A stretch of DNA of 64,000 nt from Vicugna vicugna (GCA_013265495.1 MU058584.1:5732407-5796406); one strand, 5' to 3'; numbered from the stretch's first letter, positions 28,530 to 41,426 are shown. Numbers and translations: made by a program. The notes: generated by a model not told the origin, from the sequence alone.

Positions 28530-29430
28530 TATTTATTCATTTATTCAACAAATACTAACTGATCACTTCTCGGCCTTTTGGCTAAGATTAAGTGTAGTAA
28601 CAAATACTAATTCAGTGCTTACTTTATCCTAGATGTCAGAATTGCAACTGTGAATAAAATAGATACAGCTTTCTAGAGCTTATAAAACAGAAGGAAAGAC
28701 AGCTTTTAACAAATGCACAAATATTTAATTGCAAACTGTGGTTTGTATTATGAAAGAAAAGTACAGAATTCTCTGAAGAAATTTGACAGAGACATCTAGT
28801 ATAATCTTAGAGGAAGAGAGGGGACTAGGGTTGGGAAATACTTCCCTGAGGAAGCAATGCATTAACTGAAGTCCAAAGGCAAAGAGGCCGAGGGATGGAC
28901 AAGGGCATTCCAGGGAGTGGGATTAGCATGTGCAAAGGCCCTGAGGTGCCAGAAAACTTGGCCTATTCAGAGAACTGACAGATAACCATAGGGAAGGTAG
29001 AGCTTAGTAGGTAAGAGAGACAGGCAGAAAGCGAAGCCAATGGCACGGTCAGAGATACAGTCACACAAGGCCTTTAACCTAGGAGTATCTGGAAGCAGAG
29101 GTGCGACATGAACCATATATTGGTTTTTAAATTTCTGGCTGCATTTGTGGAGTATGATCTGGGGAGAAGCCAGAGTGAACATTGAGAGAACAGATGGAAG
29201 GCTCCAGGAGAGACATGTTAGTGAGTACTTAGTTTAAGGTTAGGACACTTGGGATACTGAGGAGAGAACATGTTAGGGAGCTGTTTAGGAGACCAAACTG
29301 TCAGGACTTGATGGATTGGATATGGGGTGGAGGGCAAGGGAGATCACATTGCCATGGATGGCTGGTGAGGTTCTGGCTTAGAGGGCTGGGAGGATGAGTG
29401 TGTCATTCTCTGAAATGGAGGACATTGTGG
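28530..29430 (-). mobile_element. LINE-2 remnant (a similar remnant lies at ~27080-27900)
   Basis: ttattcatttattcaacaaatact 3'-end motif and agcatgtgcaaaggccctgagg L2 body motif; approximate boundaries. Confidence 0.65.
28562..28599 (+). pseudogene. RNU2: 3'-truncated U2 snRNA retropseudogene (U2 nt 1-38)
   Basis: atcacttctcggccttttggctaagattaagtgtagta vs U2 ATCGCTTCTCGGCCTTTTGGCTAAGATCAAGTGTAGTA (2 mismatches); flanking direct repeat AACAAATACTAA at 28547-28558 and 28599-28610. Confidence 0.93.
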
Positions 29431-29448
29431 GAGGGTTTTGTTTGTGGG

Positions 29449-29925
29449 TGTGGCAGATGGGATAATGGCCTCCAAGAGAGGTCCATGTCCTAATATCTGA
29501 GACCTATGAATATGCTACCTTATATGGCAAAATGGACTCTGGGGATGTGATTAAGTTAAGCATGTTGAGATGGGGAGAGTTTCCTGGATTGTCCAGGGGG
29601 CCTGATGTCATCATAAAGGTCCTCACAAAAGAGAAGCAGGAGGAACTAAATTAGCATTAGGAAGATGCTACCCTGATGGCTTTGAAGATGGAGGAAGGGG
29701 CCATGAGCTCATGAGCGCGGGTGTCTTCTGGTAACTGGAAAAGGCAAGGAAGCAATTCTCCCCTAGAGCCTCCAGAAGGAACAGAGCTCTATAAACACCT
29801 TGATTTTAACCCAGGGAAACTCATTTTGGACTTCTTGCCTCAAGAACTGCAAGATAATAAATTTGTGTTGTTTTAAGCCACTGAGTTTGTGGTGATTTGT
29901 TACAGCGACAATAGGAAAATAATTT
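29449..29925 (+). mobile_element. MaLR solo LTR (MLT1-like)
   Basis: Begins tgtggcaga..aatggcctcc; gatgtgattaagttaag, ccctagagcctccagaagga, ataaatttgtgttgttttaagccactgagtttgtggtgatttgttacagc. Confidence 0.85.
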
Positions 29926-32844
29926 CCTGCTAGCAATGAGAAAATACGGTCTCTGAGATAGAGGTCCTGTCTTCATTGACTCCTGTCTTTCCACCCACTG
30001 TTGTCTTATTTCTTTCACTGAACTCCCAGTCCTAGAGTTTATACTGATCTCATGCCTGAAGCTTTTTGTTTGTTTTCATGTTAGTTCTGCACAGGACCAT
30101 GGAGGCCACATAATTTAATCCTCACTTTAGAGATGGTTCCAAAGCTTGGGAAGAGGAGTTGGGGACAGTGGCTTGCCTAAGGTCTGTCAGTGATTGGGTG
30201 GCTTTTCTGAAACTAGGTCTCTGAACTCCTGAACCAAAACTTTCTTTATCACCTTCTGCAGGGCAGGTCAGACCCTCCTCTTTCCTGGAATAGTCACAAC
30301 ATCTACACCATTTTCCACTCCTGGTCACATCTGACTCCACCAGCCCACTGACCCCTCTCTTCTGGCTGCTACCCTCAGTCCTAACTCCCAATGGAAGCCC
30401 TCAGTGGCCACTCCCACCTGCCTGGAATGCCCAGGAGCCCAGTGGGAAGCCGACTCTTCTGTCACATTGTGCACTGCATTTTGTTGCCATGGTTGCTTTG
30501 CTTGGTTGATTTGTTTGTTGGCATCACATGGCTGCAAATGCCAGATGCCCAGAGTAAGTCTCCTAAGTTATTTAACCTCTTACAGCAAGTAGTAGTTTGG
30601 AATATTTATTTAGCCTCCCTTTCTGCTTCTTCAGATTTCAAGCAGTTTTTCTGAATGCAGATCACATTCCTTCATGCATGTAGGCAAACACATGGCTGAA
30701 TGTTGTCTGAGCTGCCGTTTAGTTCCCATCAGCCAGATGGTCTAAGACCTCTCCCACCCTCTCCTCAGTGCCCAAAGCCAACTGGGGAAAGAAGTGGCCT
30801 ATCTTTAGATCCTAGGAGGGCAGCACAGCCTGTTCCCAATTTCACGCAATTTTGGAGTTGGAAAGGGCTACAGGAGGTCAGCTAATCCAATTCCCTTCTC
30901 TCAGGTGAATAATGAGTTACAGAACACAGTGCAGCTCATGCGGCTGCTGTGATAAAACCCCTTTTGGGGCAAACATTTCATAATCTTCCTTGAAAATACA
31001 CAGAGACTCAAAACTAGCCATTTTAAAGCCCGACAGTATTCCTGAAAAAGAGCCTGGCCCCTCCACCTGTCCACGGGTCCATAAACCTCACTGGGCAGGT
31101 GTCTTCAGATCTCTAGTCTTGCAGCCTAGCCCCACCTGCTACTACAATAGCTCTGGGCTCTTGCTGCAGAAATGGGCACATGGCTAAAATCATACCCACC
31201 AGATGGGTGGAGCAGGAAGCAAGGGATTAGGCAACCGAATGCGGAAGGCCACTTAGTCAATGGCAGTGTTCACACCACATCATATTAAAAATCTTAGGCT
31301 TTTCCTTTACACCAGATTTGCCTCCTTATATCCCCTACTATAGGGATACAAAGATGAGTAAGATACCACCCCTCTACTCCAGGGGTTCATAATTTAGCAA
31401 CTTTGTGAGTTCAGGAAGAGGCTGCATAAAAAATGGATGTTAAAATGGCTCAGAGTTCACATAAAACAAATATGAGATTCACAGGGGTGGACAGAAAGGT
31501 AATATTTTAAGTGCCTCGTGCTTAAAACATAAATCAGCTATCAAGGTCTACTTCTAACGGACGAGGTTGAATCAGACACCACTGCAAAAATGAATCATCT
31601 CAAAAGATTTTGATCACAGTCCTCTCCTCTTCCAAAATTATCAGTGCCTCTGTATTGCTTAACAGTCTGCAGTCTGGCACTGGTCCTTCAGTGGCTTATT
31701 GCGCTCAGCACAACGGCGGGCAGAGCATAGACATTCAAATTCAGTTAACTTGGCAAAAGTCACAAAAGGTAGAGCTCTAAATATCTGCCCAGTTCCTCTT
31801 TTCCCAGGCCTAATGAATGTGTTTCCCAGCTCATTTTCCCTTTACCCGCCTACAACTTCATTTAATTAAGCAGTTCTTAAGTATCTATTGTACACACTAA
31901 GCTTGAAGCTGGAGCTATGAAAATGAATAGACTTTGTGACGGAGGACAGGAGATCCTTTAATTTCCTGCCTGAAACTACAAACTTAGATTTATTAGTCAT
32001 CTTGCTAGTAAAAGGTCACTCACTGGCCCCTTGCCCAGCCCCTCACACAGACCCTGATGAAGGCCGTATCTCTTCCACCTCAGGCTGATCCAGCCCAGCT
32101 TTGAATCCCATCACTTCCTGTGCCTTCTGAGCCTGGATCCATCAGTTGTTCTCCCTCAGATGTCTTTATCTTCTCCTTTTATATTGAATTCTTCCCTTGA
32201 GCACTTAGATATTTTAAGTCACTCTCATTCTATTTTTTTTTTAAACTCTTAAAATACTCTTAAATCCCTCATTCCCTTCCAGGACTACCCTGCCTCTCCT
32301 CCCATTTGGAGCCGAGGCTCAGTAAAGAGTTATCTATGTAAGTTCCTCCTGCTTGCATTTCCTCATCTTCCATTCTTTCTCATTTCCATTCACCAAGAGA
32401 AGTGGCACCAGGGAAACCAGATAAACAGTTTCAAGGAGAAAGACATGTCCCAGTAATGTCAAGTGTAAAGAACTGGAAGTAAACCATTGGCTCTGGTATC
32501 TCAGAGGTCATGAGTGCCCTTTTTTGAGAGTAATTTTAGTGGACTCATATTAAAGCAGTTAGGGAGGGAAGGTAAGGAGAAGAAATGATGTCATAGAGAA
32601 TGAAATGGATCAATCATACGGGAAATTGGTAGTAAAAGAAAGGGAGAGAAAAGGCTATTAGAGTCAAGGGGAGATTATTTTCTAGATGGGGGTAAGCTGA
32701 ATATGAGTTGTATTTTGTTTTGTGGTTGACAATTTTTGATGGAAGAGAAGGAAAGGAAAGATTGAAGATAGAGGGTGATCCAAGGAGGAGGCAGGACAGG
32801 ATGAAATAATAAGAGAAATAGAGGGATGAGTCTGGATAAGATAC

Positions 32845-33050
32845 AGTTCCTTGGCTTCTCGCAGGAAAGAATTCAAGTGCAAGCCACCGTTGAGTAAAGG
32901 TAGATTTTATTTAGAGAGATACATACTGCATAGAGTGTAAAGGCAAGGAAAGAGGTGCGGGAATGGGTGCTCAAATTAAAGTAAAAGTAGGTACACACTC
33001 CATAGACAGAGTGCGGGCCATCTCCAAAGAGGAGGGAGCAAGAAAGTGCT
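32845..33050 (-). mobile_element. Probable ERV LTR fragment
   Basis: ttccttggcttctcgcaggaaagaattcaag...tttatt resembles the antisense R/U5 region of ERV1-type LTRs; family not identified. Confidence 0.45.
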
Positions 33051-33819
33051 GATTAGGCAGAAGGATGAGTGAATTACTAACGAGCAGAACCAACTGGAAA
33101 AAGTTCTCTTAACAGCCTTTATCATCCCTGTGGACTACGGTACCATACTTAAGATCCCAGAAACCCATTCAATCTACTTTTCTTCATTAAATAAGAGATG
33201 GGGGAAACAGAAGAGATTTTTTCTCTTTAAAAGTGATAGCTATTGTGTATATCACACTAAATAAAACAAAAGAGATAGGAAAGACAGATGCAAAAGATTC
33301 AGCCACATACAGTTCCTTTAAATGAGTCTAGGGAGCCAGATGGAAGCAAAAGACCATTTGTTAAGCCTCATCTGTGCTCCTTAAACTGGACCGTAAGCTC
33401 CAGGAAGGCAAGAGATGTGTGTGTCTTGTCCACTGTGACATCCGTAGCGCCTAGCTCAGTGCCCGGCCCACAGTAGGTGCTCATTAACAGTCTGTTAGAT
33501 GACTGAATAAAATTAAAACACTTAAAGGTTTTGTTGAGCTTTTTTATCAAGGTTGAAAACAGCCAACTTCAAGGGCATGTGACCCGTGCAATTGCACAGG
33601 GCCCCACGCTCAGAAAAGCTCCCTGCCTGGCTTAATACATTGCTGTCACTGTTTTGAAATTCAGTATTATGAATAAGGACCCTACAAACCATCCAGCCAC
33701 ACTGGATAAAAACACACATTTCTATAAATGTCACTAAGTAAATATTTTATACATTTTATGAATATCAAGTTATCCATAGAGCTTTCTCTTTAAAATTACA
33801 AAATACGTTTCAGGCTTAC

Positions 33820-33911
33820 CTGAAGTTCTGGATCGTGGTTTTTCTTTCTGAAAATATGCTTCATACTCTCTGTAGACAATTTTCTTAAAGGAGGTTGCAG
33901 AAGAATTTGAA
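33820..33911 (-). CDS. F5: Factor V exon 2
   Basis: 92 bp; [33 protein letters not shown] acceptor, GTAAGC donor. Confidence 0.97.
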
Positions 33912-34513
33912 CTGAAAATAAAATACCAAATGAATCTGAAAGGCTTATATGACATCTACTGCTCACATTACAAAAAAAAAAATAGCTCTCTCATGTCCTC
34001 AGATTTGTACTAGGAATAACAGGATTTTAACTTCATTTTAGAAACTAGATTTTATAAATATGAACCATAAGTGAGGTTAAAATAATTACTGTTTTTTTCA
34101 AGAATATTCTCTTGTGATAGCCATTCTTTCAGAAATTTAGTCTGCCTTCACTAATCCTATTACTCAGAATCAATTTGCTAAAAAAAAAACCCAAGATCAT
34201 AGTGTAAGCCCAAACTTTAGGTTTAGATTTTCAATGATTAAAGATGTGACCAAATCCTTTATGGATAAATATGTGAGCTATTTTTCAACTCATCAATCAA
34301 ATACAGTTTTAAGCTAGTGGGGAACATTGTAAAGAACTATTGATTTGCTGAACTGTTACTAGTTGGGAAGTAGAAAATGGCTAATAGAGTAAAAGCGCTG
34401 GAATTTGCATTAGAAACAAACAAATGATTAAACTAAGTCTTGGAAAGTTTAACTTGTTGGAGGAGAAACAGTTGATCAATGGCAGAGCAAGATTTGAAAA
34501 GGTGAATTCATTG

Positions 34514-34695
34514 TACAGTTATCCCTTGGGATCCACGGGGTGGGGGCAGGAGGGGCGTTGGTTCCAGGAACCACCCCCTCCCCCACTGTGGACACCAAAA
34601 TCTGTGGGTGTTCAGGTCTTTTATATAAAACAGAGTAGTAAAGTCAGCCCTCCGTATCTGCAGGTTTCACCTCCATAGATTCACAGGACTGACTG
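34514..34695. mobile_element. Tigger/MER2-like DNA transposon remnant
   Basis: tacagttatccctt..ggatccacgggg..ttggttccagga..ccaaaatc and cagccctccgtatctgcaggtttc motifs. Confidence 0.55.
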
Positions 34696-35960
34696 TTTTC
34701 ATGGAAAGGAATTCAGAGAGAGAGAGAGAGAGGCTGGGAGAGTACTGGAATAATTGCCTATCTTTTTTCTTCTGTGTCTAAAGATGAGCACATCATTCCT
34801 ATCCTTGTCTTAAACTCAAAGACGAAGGTAAAAGGAAAGAGAATTGGGGGAAATTTCTTACAAATATCTAAACCAGTTGACCATATTGGCTTTGTTATGC
34901 TTCGTAATCCAGAGAATGGCCCCAGCCCAAACTAGGGCATAACAGACAGGGATACGAATCACATGTGCCACGACGTCTGTGAAGCACAGAAGCTAAGAGA
35001 ACTGGCAGTAGACTCAGTGTCTGGGTTTGACTCCTGTATCTACCCCTTGTTAGCTGTATAATCTTGAAAAGTTTATTTAATCCATTTATGCCTCTGTTTC
35101 TATAAGTTGTGAGCTGGAATAGTAAAAGCTCCCTCATGGAATTGTTACAAGTTTTAAATAAATTGATACTTGCAGGGGTTTAGAGCTGGCATATTGTAAA
35201 TATTCAATGCTTGTTAGCTAATAATATTTTAAAAGTATAACAAAAGTTGGTTTTTCTGGCAGAAAAAAAATCTGTAATTGTAGTAATTCTCATAATTTTT
35301 AAAATGTGGTATACAAGAACTGTGTTAATATTTGGAGGCAGAATTAAAGGAGGCATGAGTATTTGGGGAATGGCTAGCTATTGAAGGTAGTGGGTTCTCA
35401 GTCACTGGAAGCATTCAAGTGGAAATTAGACAACTCTTTGCTAGGGGTGTTGGTGCTTAGGGTGTGGGGAAAAGTAGGAGGTTAAAACATGAAAGTTGAA
35501 AATGAGTTAAACAACCTCTTAGAGTTTTCTAGCCCAAAAACCATAGGACTCTATATGTTAGCTTGTGTCCTGAATGTGGAAGTCTATTTTTATTTATTTG
35601 TCTTTTTTTTCGGTATAATTGAAAAGTAGCTCCCTTCCCTAACCCTAGATATTTAAATACAGGAATATAGGTGATGATATAAAATCTTTACTAAGAAAAA
35701 TCAGTCTTTTATGTGGAATAATTTTAATTAGAGGTATGTTTCTTAATATAGTTCCTTGTGTATATTGTATGTGCATACTAAGGTATATTTATTTTGATTT
35801 GAACAATTGAATTGCTATTGAAAAATCTGTCTGAAAAGAAAATTAAAGATGATATGAATTCAAACTATATATATACATGATAATTTTGCATTTATAAGGA
35901 CTATTTAAAGATGATTTTTCATAATAAAAATCATATAAACTAGAATCCTAGAGGGAAAAA

Positions 35961-35972
35961 ATATATATATAA

Positions 35973-36004
<32 letters not shown>
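35961..36004. repeat. (TA)n microsatellite
   Basis: Imperfect TA dinucleotide run. Confidence 0.9.
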
Positions 36005-36005
<1 letters not shown>

Positions 36006-37845
36006 TTCAATACCTGTTACTATGTACATGTAAGTGACTGAACATGTTTCTTTAGGGAAATTTTCAAAAATATTCACTCCAGACCTGGAGCAAGAATAAA
36101 AGATATATTTCACCTCTAAAAGGCATTGTCCTGCTAACATTATATGAAATCAGAAGAAAAATCTTTACTTTGTACTAAAATATACTTTAGCAAAGAATAG
36201 AGTTGTCTGTGTTGATTTCCTTACAGTATCATAAGCTCTAGGTGTAGGATAATTTAGAACAAGTTCTTAGTTTAAGCAGCCAGAAATACAGGTTAGATTT
36301 TTCACATACAAATAGTAGAAATAAATTATGTGATTTGAGGTTCAAAAACATTGACATTTGGTCTGGATTATCACTGTGTGATTTTGACTCAGTAATTGGT
36401 ACCAGAGGAACAGCTCATCAAGAATTCTGGAAACTCAACTGAGAGGATAGGATGACCAGTCATGGCTCCCTATGTGAATTCACCATGTGAATCAGGTTTC
36501 TGCCCTTTGTGGTTCTGCCTCCAGTATTCTGCTTGTTATTCTCAGCGTTAACTACAGAAGAAAGAACAAACTCAGCATGAGCATGAGCATGAGCACAGCA
36601 TGACACAGGAAAGCCAGCAACCAAGTTAGAGTTCTACCCATGAGCAAGAAAAATTAATGTTGGAAAGACTGTTATTTCCTTTGGGGTTTTAGCTAGTGGC
36701 AGTTCCCTAATGGTGAGGGTGTGACCTAGATTATCACCTTGAGATGCAATATTTTAAATCGTTTTTTAAAAAGAGGGATTTCTTATTATTACAAGACCAT
36801 AGTATGTGTAGTATGTAATGCCCTTCAAAATAACCCAGTTATAAGGAAAAGGTTTTAAAAGGGTTGATGTGATACATTAAAAGACTTAAAACATTACACT
36901 ATTTTCTTGACAGATTGCTTTTGTTTCGAAATTGTAAAAGAGGAACACATCTTTCACAATCATTTAAACTGTAATGCTAAGTTAAAAAAAACTCAGCCAC
37001 ACTAAGAGCTTTACCATTAAACTAAATAAAAATATGAGTAACTGGAAATATTGAGTAGAACCTATGATTTGTTACATTTTTGAGAAGTCTTATTTTTAAC
37101 CTTTCAATTAGGAAGAATAGTTTGCAACTCAAATATAGTTTTATAATTTAACCCGCCTCTTAGTTACATGTGCCTTAATAGTGACTCTACCAAAACAGCC
37201 AGAGTAGACCATATCTGAAAAAGTGATTAAGAATGAGAGAAAAATTGTCACATGAAGCAGAAAAAAGGTAAAAGAACAACAGTGTTGCATTTTTATGGAC
37301 TGATGATGTTTTGAAAGTCATTTATAAGAAAGCAACAAAATTATGGCAATTGTTGTTAAATAATCTGCTTATAATAAAGTACAAGGTGTACATCTTTAGT
37401 TTTAGAAGATAAAGCTATGTGGACAATGAAAAAACTAAGATGTAACTAGAAGTTTAAGAAAAACACTGGAATACTAAAAATCTGGAACAGGAGTTTGCAG
37501 GAAGGGCTAATGAGGAGGTAGTTGCCTGGTGGCTTTTGAATCAATTAATATATTTAACCATCAATCAATCATACTAACAAAACTGTATCAACAACAAACT
37601 CTTGAAAGCAGCATCTCGCCATCAAACTGAATATTTTCTATATCCTCAGAGTGATAAACTGTATTACTGGAGGCAAGAGTGGCATCCACCAAGTTTATTT
37701 TATTTACTATGCTCTCCTATTAATTATATTTACTTACTTGAAGTGTAAAAAAAAAAAAAGCCGTGGAATTGCAAAGAGAGTGCTCTCTAAAAGAAATGGC
37801 TTATCCTCCTTAGAGAAGCCCACCCGGGCACCACACCTGCCTTAC

Positions 37846-38003
37846 CTAGTGTGTGTGGGCTCAGGGTGGTAGTTCCAGCTGATGCTCTGAGCAGCCACGT
37901 AGAACTGCCTTAGCCGCGCTGCCTCAGCCCCTGGGCTCCCCCAGCCTGCCCAGCTGGTGCCCACGACCAGGAGGACCCAGAGGCAAGGGCAACCTGGAAA
38001 CAT
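37846..38003 (-). CDS. F5: Factor V exon 1 coding part (28-aa signal peptide plus start of A1)
   Basis: gagccATG Kozak context; [52 protein letters not shown]; 158 bp; GTAAGG donor. Confidence 0.97.
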
Positions 38004-38450
38004 GGCTCCTTTCCTGCTCCTGCCTGCCGCCACCACCCAGGGGTGAGTAGGGCTGCCTCAGCCGAGCGAGCGTCCCCCGGCTCCTCGGGGTTGTCCACCG
38101 TCGGGGCTGCAGTGTACTCCGGGAGGCTGCGGGTGGCAGCCTCCTCCTCCCCTTCAGCTCCCCCAGGCGCTGCGGCAGCTGCAGCCTGGGGCTGCCCCGC
38201 CTCCCGGGACCTTTCCAGGCTGGGGGTGGCTAGGTCACTGCCCCAGATGACAGGAGGGATTAGGGAGGGGTACCAGGTTAGTGACTGTTTTACTACAGAT
38301 GAAGAAAGGGCAGAGATCAGAGGCTCCAGCAGGCGGAGCAGAACTGTCCTCCCACGCTTCCACCTGCTCACCCCACGGAGCACTAGCCCCTCACCAGCCA
38401 CCATAAAAACCACCTGGGGCAAAGTGCACACTTGCCAGACCCTCTGCACT
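38004..38450 (-). promoter_or_regulatory. F5: F5 5'UTR and proximal promoter (GC/CpG-enriched)
   Basis: Clearly the most GC/CpG-rich part of the window, directly 5' of the ATG; HNF4-like DR1 GGGGCA-A-AGTGCA at 38416-38428; exact TSS cannot be determined. Confidence 0.7.
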
Positions 38451-40134
38451 TCCCAGTGTAATGGAACCCCAAACCCTGAACCACACCACTCCTTCTGATC
38501 TGGGAAAGGGCATTGTGCCCTATTACAGGGCACAGAAATACTGTATTTTCAGGTGGTGAGGAGGCAAGGGGATGAGCACATGAATGGGACCTGCTGCCCG
38601 CCCCACTTTGCTGACTTCTACCCATGCACAAGTCTGTTTTGGTAAAAGCCTGTGGCCAGCAAAGGCAGCGACAGAGCAGAGGGTTTAGAGATTCTTCACT
38701 GAGAGAATGAGACCAGATTTCAGTTTCAGGTACTGGCTGTGTTCTCTTGGATAGGTCACACAGCCTGTCTGGAGCTCAGTTTTGACATCTGCAAAATCAG
38801 GATGATAATAATAGTTTTCCCCGAAAGGGTTGCTGGAAGGATAAAAGAACACTGTGAAGTGTGTAATTCCTAGCAGTTGGAAAGCACACAGCACGTACTT
38901 ATTACTATGATTATGTTTTTCCTGCCTGCAGGGCCCCTTGTATATCTTGGAGGATTTGACTGTTTCACACGGCTTTTAAGATATGATTTTGCTATTTATA
39001 GGGAATCTCAGAATTATATCATCTGAAGCATCATCATGACTTTCCCGGGTCTCCTGAATCTGCATGCCTCCAAGCTTCTGTCTTAAGATTTGTGTCAACA
39101 GATTGAATAAATTGTAATGTAGCACCTGACATGAGGTCTCCATCATGTCGGTCTCCTCAATAGCATTGCTCTCCTACACACAGTCTTCTGTCTTTGCCCC
39201 TTGTCTGATATTATCTGATCAACTTAGAATGCCATTCTTTTTTCCTCTTGGCTGTCCACTCTTTTAAAGTCCAGTCAGAGTTCTAGCTCTCTCCTTGATT
39301 CTGAACCAAACTGACTTTTCCATTTTATGAATTCCTCCCACACTCTTCCAATAATATGTTCATGTTGATTACCCTCTGTCACTTTATTTGGGCGTCTGTT
39401 GTATCCCCAACTAGATTATAAGCTAGTCAACAGCAGGAACAGTGCCTTGTTCTTCTGTATCTATAATATCAGTGGTTCACAAAGCTGGTAAACCACCAGA
39501 ATTCCCTGGGAAGATTTTACAAAATGTAGATTCTGACTCAGGAGACAGGGCTGATAATCATCATCCTGTAATTCCGAGCTTAGCGATTGGCATAAAATTA
39601 GCAGTTAGAGATGCTATTGACAGTATAGCAGAGAAGCTTTTTAAAAGCAATGTGTCCCTAAATCCCAAGGTTTCTACCAAAATTCTTGCAAAATTCTTGT
39701 AACCTTTAGTTGGACTGTTTCACCATTTTTATTTGCATGTTTTATTTGCATTTTATTTGCATGTTTACCTAGTCTTTGTGACATGTTCATTGCCTCACAT
39801 TTCACAGAGCCACGACAGTTACATTGTCTGGCTCTCTATTTTTTGCATCCGTTTCAGATAACCACTATGTAACTTTCAATAATCTATTTATTAAACATGA
39901 GATTTAAAGAATGAGTAAAACCCCGCTCTTCTTTTCTATAGAATATTCAGGTGATGACTTTTTCTGCTTCTCTGATTTTCTTCTTGTGTGTTTGAGGGGA
40001 TGGTACAGTATATATTTGTTGGCTGAAGGGCTGAGTTGTAATTGGGACAAATGTAATTGTGCATTCATTACATTGATGTAAACAGACTGATGGACACAGA
40101 CCTTATTGAACAAAGCATCAAATAATATAACATG

Positions 40135-40687
40135 GCATTTGGGTGAATCATTTTATTTAGAAATTTGAGTATCAGTCTTTGGGTTCTTTGGGGGAGAGTG
40201 ATGTGTACCTCCCTGTCTTAATTCTTGGTCATCTTTAGCCTCTGGTGCCATCCAGAGGCTTCTCTGGAAGCCTTACAGCAGAGGTTTAAAAGACTTCACA
40301 AATAGCAAGCACTGAAGACCCCAGGAGATCCTCCAGAAACTCCCTCAAGTCAGAGACGCCACCTGCCTTCCAACAAAGTAGAGGATGCCTTCCTCCAACC
40401 CCAAAGTAAAGAGGCAATTTTATTTTTACACAGCCTGGTCTTCTGGTGAGTCAGATGTTCCCGGCTCTAGCTAATTAGCATCTCAGGTGACAGCTGGGGC
40501 AAAGCCCGCAGACCAACCAAGGAAACATTCCGTCCTAGCTTCTGAGGCTCATGTCAGAGGAAGAGGAAATGAAGCAGGAAGGGGTGGGGGGTGGATAGGG
40601 TGGGCTTGTGGTACAATCCTTCTGCTCTGTTCCAGAGCTACTGTAAAGGAAATTCCATGTCCTTTATTCACAAATATTTACAGAAAA
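40135..40687 (-). other. SELP: P-selectin terminal non-coding (3'UTR) exon
   Basis: CTGCAG acceptor at 40688; sequence resembles the human SELP 3'UTR as recalled (gcatctgactcac, ctctggatggcaccagaggct); AATAAA at 40152-40157; 3' end approximate. Confidence 0.85.
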
Positions 40688-41371
40688 CTGCAGCAAATAT
40701 GCAACAGTTACAGTCAAGTCTATCAGGAAGCCTGAAGTTCAAAACTAGGATCCTGTAGAGGTTGAGTGAGGTGACCAAGGGAAGGACAGTTCTCTGAAAA
40801 TGAGACAAAAAATAAAAATAATTATATTTTCCTTAAAAAAAGAAAAAGTTCTCTTCATATGTACCCCCTGAGGCTCAGTGTAATTTTTTCCTAGATTCTA
40901 GATACTCTGCCATCTAGGCTACTTTCCTTTGGAAGCTCAACGACTCCTGGAGTTTTTGGGAAATAGGGGTCAGATTATCTTTGTTTTCCCAGAAAGCTAT
41001 AAAGGGAATTGACTCCGTAAAGTCTGTAAACTCTTTCCAGCAGTCATGACTTCTGGTTATCAAGCAAGGTCACAGTGTCAGTACCACCTACGGGCCATCT
41101 CACGGAGATGTCATACATCCTGAAATAAGTTACATCTTATTAGAACATTTCTATCCTGGAGGAAATGGAAATCCTCCTATGAACTCACTTAATGCTGTCA
41201 CTCCACTGCCATATCTGTCCCCGACTGCCGCCACAGCTTCCTCCACAGCTTGGAAATTTAATACACACTTAAAATTTAACTCATGATCATAAAGAAAAGT
41301 CAAGCTTTATATTCTTCCTCTTTCCCCTACTCTTCTATTTCCTCCAAAAATACCTTCAGAGGTAACTTACC

Positions 41372-41426
41372 TTAAGGGGTGGGGTCAAAGGCAGCATTTG
41401 TAAAAACTCCATATTTTCCTGGGTGG
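41372..41426 (-). CDS. SELP: P-selectin last coding exon (cytoplasmic C2); exon ends 1 nt after the stop, at 41371
   Basis: (S)HPGKYGVFTNAAFDPTP-TAA, then G|GTAAGT. Confidence 0.96.

Noticed and set aside
36573..36602. Short tandem repeat (AGCATG)n; similar GACACTA repeats near 14286-14314
   Set aside because: Ordinary slippage microrepeats with no sign of function
37910..38533. 207-aa minus-strand and 151-aa plus-strand ORFs over the F5 promoter, and the GTG-extended start at 38036
   Set aside because: Expected from stop-poor GC-rich sequence; no recognisable homology; the ATG at 38003 has good Kozak context and gives the standard signal peptide
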